Source of the DNA: Candidatus Liminaster caballi
GTDB taxonomy: Bacteria; Bacteroidota; Bacteroidia; Bacteroidales; UBA3663
DNA: 64,000 nt
Direction: 5' to 3'
Assembly (NCBI GenBank): GCA_018065085.1
Contig: JAGHUA010000006.1
Location: forward strand, 12,963 to 76,962
The translations under genes were made by a program, and so were the position numbers. Position 1 is the first letter of the stretch. Every line of letters begins with the position of its first letter. Positions 9,882 to 21,000 of this stretch are shown one piece after another. The notes beneath the pieces were generated by a model. The model had not been told where the DNA came from. It did not search any database and was given only the letters and a program-made list of their open reading frames with translations.

Positions 9882-11663
9882 TCACTTGGCAGCGTTGTCG
9901 AAGCTTGAACTCTCACCGGTGCCGAAAGCAGGATTCTGGACGAGATAAGGATTAACACGAGTCTCCTCCAGGTTGTATGGCCAGTAGATGGCATCCATAC
10001 GCTGCAACTGGCTCTCAACGATTGACGAATTCTCGACGCTCTTGTTCTTTGCCTTGCTACGCAGGTAGTCGGTATTGCCATCGCGCTGTGAACGGCGCAC
10101 GAGGTCAAAGTAGCGCTTGCCCTCGAACATCAGCTCACGGTTACGCTCGTCATAAACAAGATCAGTGATAGTTGACTTGTTTGGGAAAGAAGAGAGCTGG
10201 AGTGTGTCGGTTGGCGAGGTGAACGAAGTACGCAGGATTGAGCGCTTGTTCACGGCATTAACAAGTTCGAATGCCTTGTCACGGTATGCCTTGTCGGTAT
10301 CAGTCATCACGTCTGCATCGCTCATCTTCTGGGTCAGAGCCTCAGCCTTGAGCAGCATGATGTCAGTCAGACGATAGATGATGAAGTTTGACTTGTTGAG
10401 GGAAGTCTTATCGTGAGTCTTGTCATCAACGTGGACAGGATATTTTACGCCCCAATAGGCCTTCTCATAGAAAGTACCTGTGGTCGGGTCGCCAAACGAC
10501 ACTTCCGTTGAAGTCACATACTTGTTGATTGACACAGGATCGCCGCCACGTGAGAAACGGATATTCTCATACAGGCGTCCGTCATACTTATTGAGGAATA
10601 CGGCAGGCTTGCTGCTCTTGATGTCTGTGCCGACATAATCTGAAGCACGCACATACGAAGCTTCGTCAGCCGCATTGCCATAGAAGTAATGGACAGGATC
10701 GTTCGAAATCTGTGAATTGCCCGCATTCTTGTCAAACACAAGCTCAAGGATTCCCTCCTGGCTGCAGCCCTTGACAAAGATATTAGTGAATGCCTTGCCG
10801 AAGGTTGTACCGTTGGCTGTCTTACGGCTCTTGATGAGCGGATAGCCATTGGTCAGGGTCCAATCCTCTGTGGCATCGAGTTCCTGAGCACGGATAGTCT
10901 TCTGCTCGATGACATAGTCGGCCATCTTGATGCAGTTGTCATAGTCCTTGTCCCAAAGATAGAGCTCGCATAGCAAAGCGTAGATACCCACTTTGGTGAA
11001 TCGTCCTGAATTATAGTTCTTCTGGGTGTTTGTCTCAGGATAGCGCGATACGGCATCATCCTTGACAGCCTCAAGCGAAGCAATGAGTTTCTTAAGCACC
11101 TCAGCGAAAGGCAGCGCAGGCTGAGCCAGAGTCTGACCGTCGTCGAGTAATGCCTCCTCAGAGTAAGGCACATCGCGGAATGTGCGGATGAGATAGAAAT
11201 AGCAGAGCGAACGCAAAGCTGTAGCCTCGGCAATATGAGCCTTCAACTCGCCTTCAGTGTATGAGGGATCGTTTTCTGCCACCTTATGTGCAAACTCGAT
11301 GATAATATTGCAACGGTTGATCACGTCATAGAAACCAGTCCATGTGGTGTATCCATTCATGGCCGTAATGTTTTCCTTGAGCAGACGGTCAAGGTCACGG
11401 TCTTTCTCAATTGAAGGACCGAACGAAACGATATTCTCCGAACGGAACTCACCCCACACCAGCATGCGGCGCATGACATCGCCCTGCTGCATGCGGTTGT
11501 AACATCCCAATACCATGCTCTCAACGTCCGACTCTTCGTTCCAGAACTGATCGATGGTAATGATGTTCTGAGGCTCGACCTCAAGGAAGTCGCCACAGCT
11601 GCTGGTCATCATCAATGGAAGGCTGATAGCCAGTATATTGAATAATTTCTTCATAGTTTTCAT
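9882..11663 (-). CDS. SusD/RagB family lipoprotein
   Basis: Lipobox SSC-GDFLEV, FYDVINRCN, AEATALRSLCYFYLIRTFRDVP, YRLTDIMLLKAEA and ERNRELMFEGKRYFDL. Confidence 0.95.
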   Translation of the reverse strand: MKTMKKLFNILAISLPLMMTSSCGDFLEVEPQNIITIDQFWNEESDVESMVLGCYNRMQQGDVMRRMLVWGEFRSENIVSFGPSIEKDRDLDRLLKENITAMNGYTTWTGFYDVINRCNIIIEFAHKVAENDPSYTEGELKAHIAEATALRSLCYFYLIRTFRDVPYSEEALLDDGQTLAQPALPFAEVLKKLIASLEAVKDDAVSRYPETNTQKNYNSGRFTKVGIYALLCELYLWDKDYDNCIKMADYVIEQKTIRAQELDATEDWTLTNGYPLIKSRKTANGTTFGKAFTNIFVKGCSQEGILELVFDKNAGNSQISNDPVHYFYGNAADEASYVRASDYVGTDIKSSKPAVFLNKYDGRLYENIRFSRGGDPVSINKYVTSTEVSFGDPTTGTFYEKAYWGVKYPVHVDDKTHDKTSLNKSNFIIYRLTDIMLLKAEALTQKMSDADVMTDTDKAYRDKAFELVNAVNKRSILRTSFTSPTDTLQLSSFPNKSTITDLVYDERNRELMFEGKRYFDLVRRSQRDGNTDYLRSKAKNKSVENSSIVESQLQRMDAIYWPYNLEETRVNPYLVQNPAFGTGESSSFDNAAK

Positions 11664-11681
11664 ATTCTTTATGTCAGCTTA

Positions 11682-14600
11682 TCAGAAGTCAACGGTTACA
11701 CCAAAAGTATATGAGCGCGCACGAGGAGTCTGACCCCAGTCGGTAGCAGCGCCATAGCCGCTGTAGCTGACGTCAGGATCCACACCTGTATATTTGGTAA
11801 GGATCAAAGGGTTGTTGGCACTCATGTAGAGGCTTACCTTCTTCAGTCCGATCTTCTTGCATGCCTCCTTAGGCAATGCATAGTTAAGCTGTGCATAGCT
11901 CATACGGAGGTAGGTACCATCCTCTACGAAGCGGTCGCTGACCAATGTGTTGTAGTTAGTGTCCTTACCGTACATTGCACGAGGGATTGAAGTTACGTCA
12001 CCCTCCTTACGCCAGCGGTAGTTCACAGCCTGGCTCTGGTTGTCATTGCCAATCATTGCCTCGGCATGGAGACGTGCCAGGTTAAGGATCTTGTTGCCTA
12101 CACGATAGGTGAACTGAGTGCTGAGACGCCAGTTGCCATAGTTGAAGTTAAAGCCGAAACCGCCGACCAGCTTAGGCAGTGAGCTGCCGAGATAGACGAT
12201 ATCGAGCGAGTTGATGTTACCGTCGTGGTTCACATCCTCGTACATGGCATCACCGCCACGGAATGTGTAGTTACGGCCGGAACCGTCGTTGGTATAGGCA
12301 AACATCATGCGGATAGGCTCGCCCTTCTCATTGTAGATAACATTGCCGGCTGCATCAAGAGCCACAGGATAAGTCTTGCCCTGGGCAAGGTTTGCAGCCT
12401 GTTCCTCTGGAGAGAGGGCAGCAAATGTCTCGTACTCGTACTGATATACGCCCTTGCTGCGGAAACCGTAGATGGCACCGAATGGGTTGTGTACCTGTAC
12501 GCGGGTCAGAGTCTGAGCGTTTTCGTTGTTGAAAGTCGAGTTCATGTTCTTGAGCACGGTCTCGTCCATCTCAAGGATCTCGTTCCTGTTATTACCGAAG
12601 TTGACGTTCATATCCATAAAGAACTTGCCCTTCTTGACCATCTTGTTGGTGGTAACATAGAACTCCCAACCATTGTTGCGCATCTTACCGCAGTTTCTGT
12701 AAGCAAGGCTGGAGAAACCTGTGCTCGAAGCGATACGGTAGTTTTCCATCAACATATCGGATGTGGTCGAGTTGTAGATCTCGAACGTTGTCTTGATACG
12801 GTCATTGAGGATATCGAAGTCGAAACCGAGGTTCCAGCTTGTCACTGTCTGCCACTGCATGTTGGTCAGCTTGAGGTTGACAGGATACATAGTGGTCTGA
12901 CCGAGATATGAACCGCCGATAGCATACTGTGAGGTATAGAGATAGTCGCGGTTAGGTGCGTGACCTGTGCGGCCCCAGCTTGGACGGACAGAGAGCATTG
13001 AGAGCCAAGAGTCCTTAAGGTGCTCCATAAACGGCTCGTCGATGACGTTCCATCGCAAAGACACTGAAGGGAAATAACCCCAGCGGCGATCCGGACCGAA
13101 CTTGGTTGTACCGTCGGCACGCACTGAGATATCGGCGATGTAACGCTCCTTCAAAGCGTAGTGGGCAGCAAGTGTGAAATACATAGAACGCCACTCAGCA
13201 TAGTTTGAGCTGAGTCCGCTGTTCAAACCGCCCGCATCCGGGCTCTGAACACCCGATGGCAGACCGATGGCGGCGCTTGACTGGGCATTTGATGAACCAG
13301 AGTTAACTTCCATACGACCCAGTACAGTGACCTTATGATCCTGATTGCTGATGTATGGTTCAAATGTCAGAGTGTGCTTTGTTGTGAGCGATACGCTCTT
13401 TGAGCTGAACTTCGAAGCACCGTTATGGCCGCTGTGCCAGTCGGTTGTGACGAGCTCAGAAGGATAATAGGTATCAACATACTCGTTGAACACATTCATG
13501 TAGATCTGACCGCGCCAAGAGAGACGGGTGTGATCGCTGTCCAGACCGAGGAGGTTGTAGTTGATTACGAGCTCAGGCTGGAGGTTGTAGGTTGTCTGTG
13601 TGTTCTTTGCCAGATGTGCACTTGCCACAGGGTTGATATACTTACGCTGGTCATCCTTGAAGATCTCGCTACCGATGTTCGGACCGCTCGCAAGCATATT
13701 GTAGTAGCGATTAGTATTCTTGCCAGTAACAGGATCCTGCTCAAAGATGCTCATGTTAGGCATCTTCTTCTGGGCAATCTGGATGAGGTTGTCCGAGTTA
13801 CGATGATTCTGAGTGTAGGTCATCGCGAAGTTGGTCGAAACACGGATACGCTTACTGATGTTATAGTCGAGATTGGCACGTGTAGAGAAACGGCTCAGCT
13901 CCTGACAGATCACCGAACCTGTCTCGTTATCGAAACCGCCTGACACACGGAATGTGGCACGGTCACCACCGCCCGAAATTGTGACGTAGTGGTTCTGACG
14001 CAGACCCCACTGTGTGACAGCTTTACGCCAGTCGGTGTTGTTGTTATACTGCTCGTACTCCGAGAAGTTAGGATCGTAGCTGATCTCAGGGATGTTACTT
14101 GCGTTGTCGTCCTGACGAGGATTGAAGTAAGCCTCCTTGAGCATCATGGTGTAGTCATCACCGCTGAGCAGCTTCATACCCTCTGGCTGATAAGTGTTGG
14201 TCAGCTTGAGCGAGTAAGTCACTTTCGGCTTGCCCTTCACACCACGCTTGGTGGTAAGCTCGATGACACCGTTACCGCCCTGTGAACCCCAGATGGCTGT
14301 AGCGGCAGCGTCCTTCAACACGTTGATCGAGGCAATATCCTCGGTGTTGATGTTAAGGAGCTCGGCGAACTTCTCCTCATTCGATGAGGCTACATCGAAG
14401 TTCGAGAGATCGACTTCCCATACATTGCCATCGACAACGATCAAAGGATTCTCGTTGGTCAGCGATGAAAGAGAAGAAGCACCGCGCAGACGCATTGTCG
14501 AACCTGAACCGAGGTTACCGGAAAGAGAGATAATGTCAAGACCGGCGATACGACCCTGCAGGGCCTCGTCGATTGTGGTGATGCCGAGACCTTCAAACTC

Positions 14601-15032
14601 ACTCATCTGGATGGTCTGCTTGGCAAACGAAACCTCACGCTCAGGGATGTGCATACCGCTACCCTCAACGCGCTTGACTTGGGTTACAGTCACCTCCGAC
14701 AGAGTCTGAGCCGACTCCATCATAACCTTGTATGTTGTCTTGTCGATCTTGAGTGTGACAGGGTTAAGACCCACATACTGGATGCGAAGCTGATCCTTTG
14801 GGTTCATGATCTTCATCGAGAAGTTACCGTTCATATCGGTCAACGTTGATGAAATCACACGGCCATTAGCATCGACCTCACAAACCGTGGCGCTCATAAG
14901 AGGACCGAATTCATCCTCAACGACACCGTGCACATTGGTGATCTGCTGCGCCATTGCCTGGAAGCAGCACATCATCAGAAGGCACAGCGCCAATGCGCCC
15001 TTCTTGGTCATACTTAATATATGTGTATTCAT
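11682..15032 (-). CDS. SusC/RagA TonB-dependent transporter
   Basis: TonB-box-like LSEVTVT, LQGRIAG, PLIVVDG, VLKDAAATAIWGSQGGNGVIELTTKRG, VEDGTYLR and C-terminal GVTVDF. Confidence 0.96.
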   Translation of the reverse strand: MNTHILSMTKKGALALCLLMMCCFQAMAQQITNVHGVVEDEFGPLMSATVCEVDANGRVISSTLTDMNGNFSMKIMNPKDQLRIQYVGLNPVTLKIDKTTYKVMMESAQTLSEVTVTQVKRVEGSGMHIPEREVSFAKQTIQMSEFEGLGITTIDEALQGRIAGLDIISLSGNLGSGSTMRLRGASSLSSLTNENPLIVVDGNVWEVDLSNFDVASSNEEKFAELLNINTEDIASINVLKDAAATAIWGSQGGNGVIELTTKRGVKGKPKVTYSLKLTNTYQPEGMKLLSGDDYTMMLKEAYFNPRQDDNASNIPEISYDPNFSEYEQYNNNTDWRKAVTQWGLRQNHYVTISGGGDRATFRVSGGFDNETGSVICQELSRFSTRANLDYNISKRIRVSTNFAMTYTQNHRNSDNLIQIAQKKMPNMSIFEQDPVTGKNTNRYYNMLASGPNIGSEIFKDDQRKYINPVASAHLAKNTQTTYNLQPELVINYNLLGLDSDHTRLSWRGQIYMNVFNEYVDTYYPSELVTTDWHSGHNGASKFSSKSVSLTTKHTLTFEPYISNQDHKVTVLGRMEVNSGSSNAQSSAAIGLPSGVQSPDAGGLNSGLSSNYAEWRSMYFTLAAHYALKERYIADISVRADGTTKFGPDRRWGYFPSVSLRWNVIDEPFMEHLKDSWLSMLSVRPSWGRTGHAPNRDYLYTSQYAIGGSYLGQTTMYPVNLKLTNMQWQTVTSWNLGFDFDILNDRIKTTFEIYNSTTSDMLMENYRIASSTGFSSLAYRNCGKMRNNGWEFYVTTNKMVKKGKFFMDMNVNFGNNRNEILEMDETVLKNMNSTFNNENAQTLTRVQVHNPFGAIYGFRSKGVYQYEYETFAALSPEEQAANLAQGKTYPVALDAAGNVIYNEKGEPIRMMFAYTNDGSGRNYTFRGGDAMYEDVNHDGNINSLDIVYLGSSLPKLVGGFGFNFNYGNWRLSTQFTYRVGNKILNLARLHAEAMIGNDNQSQAVNYRWRKEGDVTSIPRAMYGKDTNYNTLVSDRFVEDGTYLRMSYAQLNYALPKEACKKIGLKKVSLYMSANNPLILTKYTGVDPDVSYSGYGAATDWGQTPRARSYTFGVTVDF

Positions 15033-15040
15033 AATGATGA

Positions 15041-17782
15041 TTAATCGTTAGGCAGTTTTTTCTTCCATTCTTTCTTCTGCGAAGCGTCATAGAGCAACAC
15101 GCCGTCAATCTGCTGCACAACGGCATTCGATGACGAGTTGATCTGACGAGATCGGCTGGTTGACTTACCTGTCAGCCAGTACTCGCGGCTCGTACGGTTG
15201 TAGAGGTTTTCTTTCACCACGTTGCGTGTATTGCCCAACTGGTCCTTGATGGTCATCGCGGTGTTGTTGGCTGTAACCTCAAGCGAGTAGAAACGCTTGT
15301 TCTTTGGGTTCAGTTTTGATGTCTCATACTTCACGGCATTGACCTTCTCGCCGCCGATATAGATTGAGTTATCCTGGATGTGATAGCGCAGGAAGTCATG
15401 GATGATAGCAGCGATGGTATCCTGTGCCGGAGTTGTCTTGTCCGACATCTCGTCGCCCGTACCGTAAGCCTTGAAGTCGTCCCATGTTGGGAGTAATCCG
15501 TCGTCAATAAGCTGCTGGATTGCGTCGTCTGTAGGCACATACACGGTATAGTTGTAGTTATCGAACAGACGGATGTTCTTGTTGCCGTTATCGCTGTTGA
15601 CGCAGGCATACTTGGTTGTAGAACCGGTCTCGCTCGAAAGGAGAGCATCCTTGGTATCGTCCTCTGAGAGGAGGGCATAGAAGAGTTTGCACTTAGAATC
15701 CGGCTTGTCAGCCTCAGCCCTCAGGATCTCGAGTACTGAATGAGATGCTGTCTGAGGGATCTGGTTAAACTCGTTGATACCGTAAGAGATACCGTTGCCC
15801 TTCTCGGTCTTGTCATAGACATCGCCATCCTTAGGAGCATCCTTAACCTCGGTCACGGCACCTGTCTCCATCTGCCAGCCGCCCTGTACGGTAATCGACT
15901 TGCCACTGGTCTTGACGCGGATCACACTGCCGGCCTTGGTCTTGTAGTATTCCTGATCAGGATTGAAGAGGCCGACAACGATAAGGTTGTCGATAAGATC
16001 CTGCATACGGTCCTTGAGAATGTCGCTTGAAGTAGCCGTGATGATCTGTGTCCTGTCCATTACGGTAATTTCGCCAGCCTCATCGACGGTGCAGTCATAG
16101 AGATCGGCCCAGATCATCTGGGTTTCCTCATCGAAATACACCTCAAACAGAGTCTGGATTGGCTGGCCGAACGTACAAGGGTCGAGATAGCGGAACACCT
16201 TCTTGCCAGGAGTGCCGTCAGATGCAGGCACAGTGTTGTAAGGCAGGAAGAGGCTGAACTTCGACTCCATTGAATTGAGGAACGGACCGAAGTCAAAGTT
16301 GTCGATGGCATAGTAGATTGCCGACATCTTACTCTGCAGACTGAGGGCAGGATAAACCACCGAACGGTATTCACTCGGAGCAAATACGCTGTTTACGAGA
16401 TAAACCACGCCGTTGCAGCCCATATAGCAGCCTGCGATGTCGCCAGGACGCACACCGAGGTCCACCTTTGCATCATCGACGATGGTGTGGAACTTCGAAG
16501 GCACAGACTCGACAAACGATGGAAGCATGTTGACGCTGAGCAGCTTGGAGAGCGTAAGGGCTGGAATAGAATCCCAGGTCTTATACTCGGTATGGAGGTC
16601 AATACCCTCACCGTTCCACCAGCGGTCAAGAGCCTCGTCGGTAGGAACAAGCATTGCGCCTGCGTCATACTTCATGTCGTAGCCCATTGAGTTGATCCAC
16701 ATGTACGAGTTGTCGCCCGGGTTGAATGGCAGGTAGGCAGGAACCTTATCGCCACGTGGAGTCATGTTGAGGTAAGGATGCTTGGTATCGCCATCGAAGA
16801 AGTAGTAGCGGAGCACGTAGAGAGTATCCTCCACCGACTTGTTGTAGAGACGGCGATAGTCGGCCTGCATTGAAGGCTCGGCTGGCCATGCCACACTGAA
16901 GCGGTCGAGCAGCTGCGACCAGCGCTGTGTCTGAGGGTTGTTGCGGATGATCTCGGCCATGTTAGGGCTCGACTCGATCACATCGCTAACCACATAGATA
17001 TAACCGTTCTTGCAGGTCTGCACATCGCTGATGACCTTCTTACCGTTGATCCAAGAGTCTTCAATGCTTGTTGACTCACCGTTGGAAAGGATTTCGAGGT
17101 CATTGCCTGTGATCTTGTTCTTGGCCATGAACTCTGGCAGGAAGTGGATCATAGGAGCTGCTGACGAGCTGCTGACGATATTGATAGGCTTGCCCTTCTC
17201 GCGGTGAGCCGACCATGAGTCGAGGCGCTCCTTGAGGAACGGATTGACAGGCATCTTGTCAACGTCCATGGTTGGGATGGTGTCGAAGATGCTGGCCGAG
17301 GTATTGCGGCGCATGCAGAGACCCGGCTGAGGCGGGTTGCCGTCCACGTTCGACATCAGTTCGAGCAGGTAGGCATTGTTGATCATTGAGTTGTTGAGAA
17401 GCATCTTCTTCTGCGAGAGAGTCAGATCCTCAAAGCGGCGCACGCCCCATGTGTTGGTGCGGAACCAATTCTCATAGGCTTCGTCGGAAGCCACGAACAG
17501 CGTTCTTGAACCGGTCTTTGAGAGGACTGGCTTCAGTTCGAGTTCGTCAATGAGCCGAAGTGTGTACTTGAAGGTCTGATGCTTACCTTCCACCTCGATG
17601 CCTTCTTCGAGTCGTTCGTAGATGGAGTTGCCCAACCAAGCCGGCTGACCGGTCAGGACATCCTTCTCGCACGACTGCAGACAGCTTGCCGCCATCACCA
17701 GAGCGCATGGCGCAAGCAAAAGCCTGGAGACGCGTCTCCACAGCTTTGTCATGTTTCCTTTGGCAAGTTTAGAGTTAGTCAT
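15041..17782 (-). CDS. Large multi-fasciclin (FAS1) lipoprotein
   Basis: Lipobox QSC-EKD. At least three FAS1-like motif pairs: TLFVASDEA/NGYIYVVSDVI, MLVPTDEA/NGVVYLVNSVF and YTVYVPTDDA/VVQQIDGVL. Confidence 0.85.
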   Translation of the reverse strand: MTNSKLAKGNMTKLWRRVSRLLLAPCALVMAASCLQSCEKDVLTGQPAWLGNSIYERLEEGIEVEGKHQTFKYTLRLIDELELKPVLSKTGSRTLFVASDEAYENWFRTNTWGVRRFEDLTLSQKKMLLNNSMINNAYLLELMSNVDGNPPQPGLCMRRNTSASIFDTIPTMDVDKMPVNPFLKERLDSWSAHREKGKPINIVSSSSAAPMIHFLPEFMAKNKITGNDLEILSNGESTSIEDSWINGKKVISDVQTCKNGYIYVVSDVIESSPNMAEIIRNNPQTQRWSQLLDRFSVAWPAEPSMQADYRRLYNKSVEDTLYVLRYYFFDGDTKHPYLNMTPRGDKVPAYLPFNPGDNSYMWINSMGYDMKYDAGAMLVPTDEALDRWWNGEGIDLHTEYKTWDSIPALTLSKLLSVNMLPSFVESVPSKFHTIVDDAKVDLGVRPGDIAGCYMGCNGVVYLVNSVFAPSEYRSVVYPALSLQSKMSAIYYAIDNFDFGPFLNSMESKFSLFLPYNTVPASDGTPGKKVFRYLDPCTFGQPIQTLFEVYFDEETQMIWADLYDCTVDEAGEITVMDRTQIITATSSDILKDRMQDLIDNLIVVGLFNPDQEYYKTKAGSVIRVKTSGKSITVQGGWQMETGAVTEVKDAPKDGDVYDKTEKGNGISYGINEFNQIPQTASHSVLEILRAEADKPDSKCKLFYALLSEDDTKDALLSSETGSTTKYACVNSDNGNKNIRLFDNYNYTVYVPTDDAIQQLIDDGLLPTWDDFKAYGTGDEMSDKTTPAQDTIAAIIHDFLRYHIQDNSIYIGGEKVNAVKYETSKLNPKNKRFYSLEVTANNTAMTIKDQLGNTRNVVKENLYNRTSREYWLTGKSTSRSRQINSSSNAVVQQIDGVLLYDASQKKEWKKKLPND

Positions 17783-17941
17783 AAATGTTGTGTATATTTA
17801 TTGTATTTTCTTAATCTTCAGTTTAGGTTGCATTCGCTGCAATTTTGCATTGCCTGTTGTCTGGTGGCAATGACTAAGTTCCATTTTCCCGGTTTTCCTG
17901 TGTCATCCGACACGCTACGCGCGTGTAATATAATAATGAGT

Positions 17942-17988
17942 AAAAAAACGGACTTGGGGTGAGCCGCACGAACGGCTCACCCAAGTCC
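17942..17988 (-). terminator. Intrinsic terminator after the 1177-aa gene
   Basis: Hairpin GGACTTGGG(G)TGAGCCG-cacgaa-CGGCTCACCCAAGTCC at 17950-17988, followed on the minus strand by GTTTTTTT. Confidence 0.88.
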
Positions 17989-18021
17989 ATATTATATAGT
18001 TTTTGTATCAGTCATTGCCAA

Positions 18022-21000
18022 TTACTTAACAATGATCTTGCGTACGATAACGTTACCGCTTGCGGTTGTAGCGCGGAGGATGTTAACGCCCATCTGAGGA
18101 GCAGCGATCTTCTGGCCGTTGATGTTGAAGAACTCAACGTTAGCTACAGAAGTTGCAACTGACTCAATGCCATCGAGCTCCTTCTGGCTATCAGCACCGT
18201 AGTATGTAAGAGTCCAGTTGTCCATGATCATCCAGCAAGAAGTGATCTTGTCTTCCTGCTTCATACCGATGCGGAGCTTGCCATCCTCACCAACCTCAAG
18301 GGTGATTGTGTTGAGGTAGTGACCCTCATCGAAGTAAGCAGCAGCAGAAACCATGTCGTTAGGGATGTAAACGGTGTTGCCCTCGGCATCAGTGTGCTCG
18401 AGCTCAGCACCATAGCCAAGCTTCTCGAGCGATGGATCAGAAGCGAGGAGGGCCACATACTTCTCGTAAACATTCGATGTTGTTACTGCATACATCTTAG
18501 CAAGACCATTCTCTTCCTCTGCTACAGTAGCGAAGTCCTGGTCGGTAGAACCGTTGCGGAAGAATGCGTTAACGCCTACGGTGTATGTACCTGCTGGCAG
18601 ACCAACGAGATCCTGGTAGATGTTGTAGGTCTTCTCATAGTACTCAACTGCAAGAGCAGACTTCTGGGTGGCATCGTTACCGAAGTTAGGAGCTACGTCG
18701 TATGTCCAGCCGGCGATAGAGTTGCCACCCTCGCCATTGTCGAAGCCGCTAGAAGCGATAACGCCTGTTGCGTCGAATGGATTCTCGTCAGAAGCCTCCA
18801 TCTCAGGAACGCGGCAGAGAGCTGTCCACTCAGCGATCTTAGCTACAGCCTCCTTAGCGTCAGCGTTGGTCATCTCAGGCATAGCGCTCTCTACTGACTC
18901 AACGTATGCGATAGCCTCAGCCTTGACTGCATCCGGAGCAACAGCATCAGCAGAACCGATGAACTCATAGAAAGCAGAAACAGCCTCAACGAGCTCCTGG
19001 AAGAGAGCCTTCGACTCAGCGATTTCGTCCTCGATCTTGTAGATAGCAGAGAGAACCTCGAACATTGCACGGCCGTTGTCGCTACCGAGAGCCTGCTGGC
19101 CCTGAGCGATTGCATCAGCAACCTTAGCCTTAACGTCAACGCCCATGAGGTCGTCAGCGCTGAGAGTAGCAAGCTTCTCCTCAAGGATTGGACGGATTAC
19201 GTCAGCATTGAAGCCACGGTAGATGAGCTTGAAGCGGGTGAAGATTGCCCAGCTGTCGCCACCGGTGTTGGTGCAACCCTTGACACCGATGCGCATTGGC
19301 TCGCCGTCTGATACGAGACCGAAAGCAGACATAACGTAAGCACCCTCGTCGAATGCCTGACCTGCAGCACTCATATCGTTTGGATACCAGTAAGTTCCGA
19401 GTGGATCAGTATAAGGAGCGAGGCTGCCTGTTGTGGTGTAGAGCTCACCTGTTGGAACCTGGTAGTCGAATACGTTCATCAAAGGAGACTTAGCGTCGTT
19501 GAGGTAAACGTATGCCTTAGAAGCAGGCTTGGTTGGGAGAGGGTCGCCGAACTCTGGCTCGAAACAGAGCTTCCAAGCGTTCTCGCCACGGAGCTCACGG
19601 TAGAAGCCCTGCATTGAGATCTGATATACACCGGCAGGAGCGCCCTCCTTGATCTGATAGATATCGAAACTTGACTGGTTCCAAGACTCAGCGCACTTGG
19701 CAGCAGTGTTGATAACAGGGTTACCCTGCCAGCCGTCGTTGGTTGTGAAGTTAGGGTTCTTGAGCCACTCTGTGAAGTCGGTATCCTCAGCTACGCAGTT
19801 GAGCAGCACGTCAACAACCATCTGGTTGATCTCAGCAGCAAGAGCGAGTACATCCTCAGTAGAGAGTTCCTTAGCGTCGAGAACATCCTGAACGTCGAGC
19901 TCGAGGTAGTCACCGAGGTCGTCCTTCATAGGGCCGCTGAGCTTGTCGTTGTTGACAACCTTCTTAGCCTCAGCAACAGCGTTGAGGAGCTCCTTCCAGG
20001 CAGCTACGTTGGCATCAACCAAGGCAGCAGACTCCTTGATGGCAGCGATGTTAGCCAATACCTGCTCCTGGGTGGTAGCAGTAGCATGTGCTGCAACAAC
20101 TGCCTTGTATGCCTCAACTACAGAACCTGTAACATATTCAATAGAAGAGTAGTCAGCGAGGTTCTGGATGTAGTTGGTCATCCACATCTGATAAGCCTCG
20201 CCAGCCTTACCGTAGTAAGTGAGCTTGAAGTTATCGAAGATTGACCAGTCAGTGCTGCCTACATTCACGTTCTTGTAAACACCGATGTGAGCCTTGCCCT
20301 CAGAAACGGCGAAGAGCACAACGTTGTCAGCATAGTGGCCAGCCTCGAAGCACTTAACAGCGTCAGCCATGCTGTTTGGCAGGTGATAGGTGAAGTCACC
20401 GTCAACAACCACACCGCCGCCGAGAGTCTCATCACCTGGCTCAATGCCGTAGAAGATGCTGTTTACGTTGGCAGCAACGGTGTCAGCACCTGTAGCAGCC
20501 ACATTATAAGCATAGAGATATGCGCGTGTAGGAACGCCAGCCTTGAACTCAGCGAGAGCGTTCTCGCCCGAACCTGCACGATAGAAGGCGTTAGCCGACA
20601 GTGCATACACACCGTTTGGAAGGCCTTCGATCTCCTGCCATGTGTTGTAGGTCTTGTTGTAGTGCTCAGCGCACTTATCCCTTGTACCACCTGCACCGAA
20701 TGCAGTACCGCTCCAGCCGTGGAAGTCGCCGATCTCATCGAATGTGGCGTTGACAATCATTGAAGAGAGGTCAACAGGGTTGCTTACAGAAGCAGAGTTC
20801 TCAGCAGCCTCCTTGGCAGCAGCCTTAACCTTAGCGTCAACAGAAGCGAGAGCATCCTGGAGCTGCTCAAGTGTGCTCTCGGTGTTGTCGAGCACAGCAT
20901 GCTCAGCAGCGAGGTCGATGCCTGGATACTGAGCCTCAGCATCCTCGATGGCAGCCTTGAGCTCCATAGCAGTGTTGTAGCGTGTGATATCCACAGCGAA

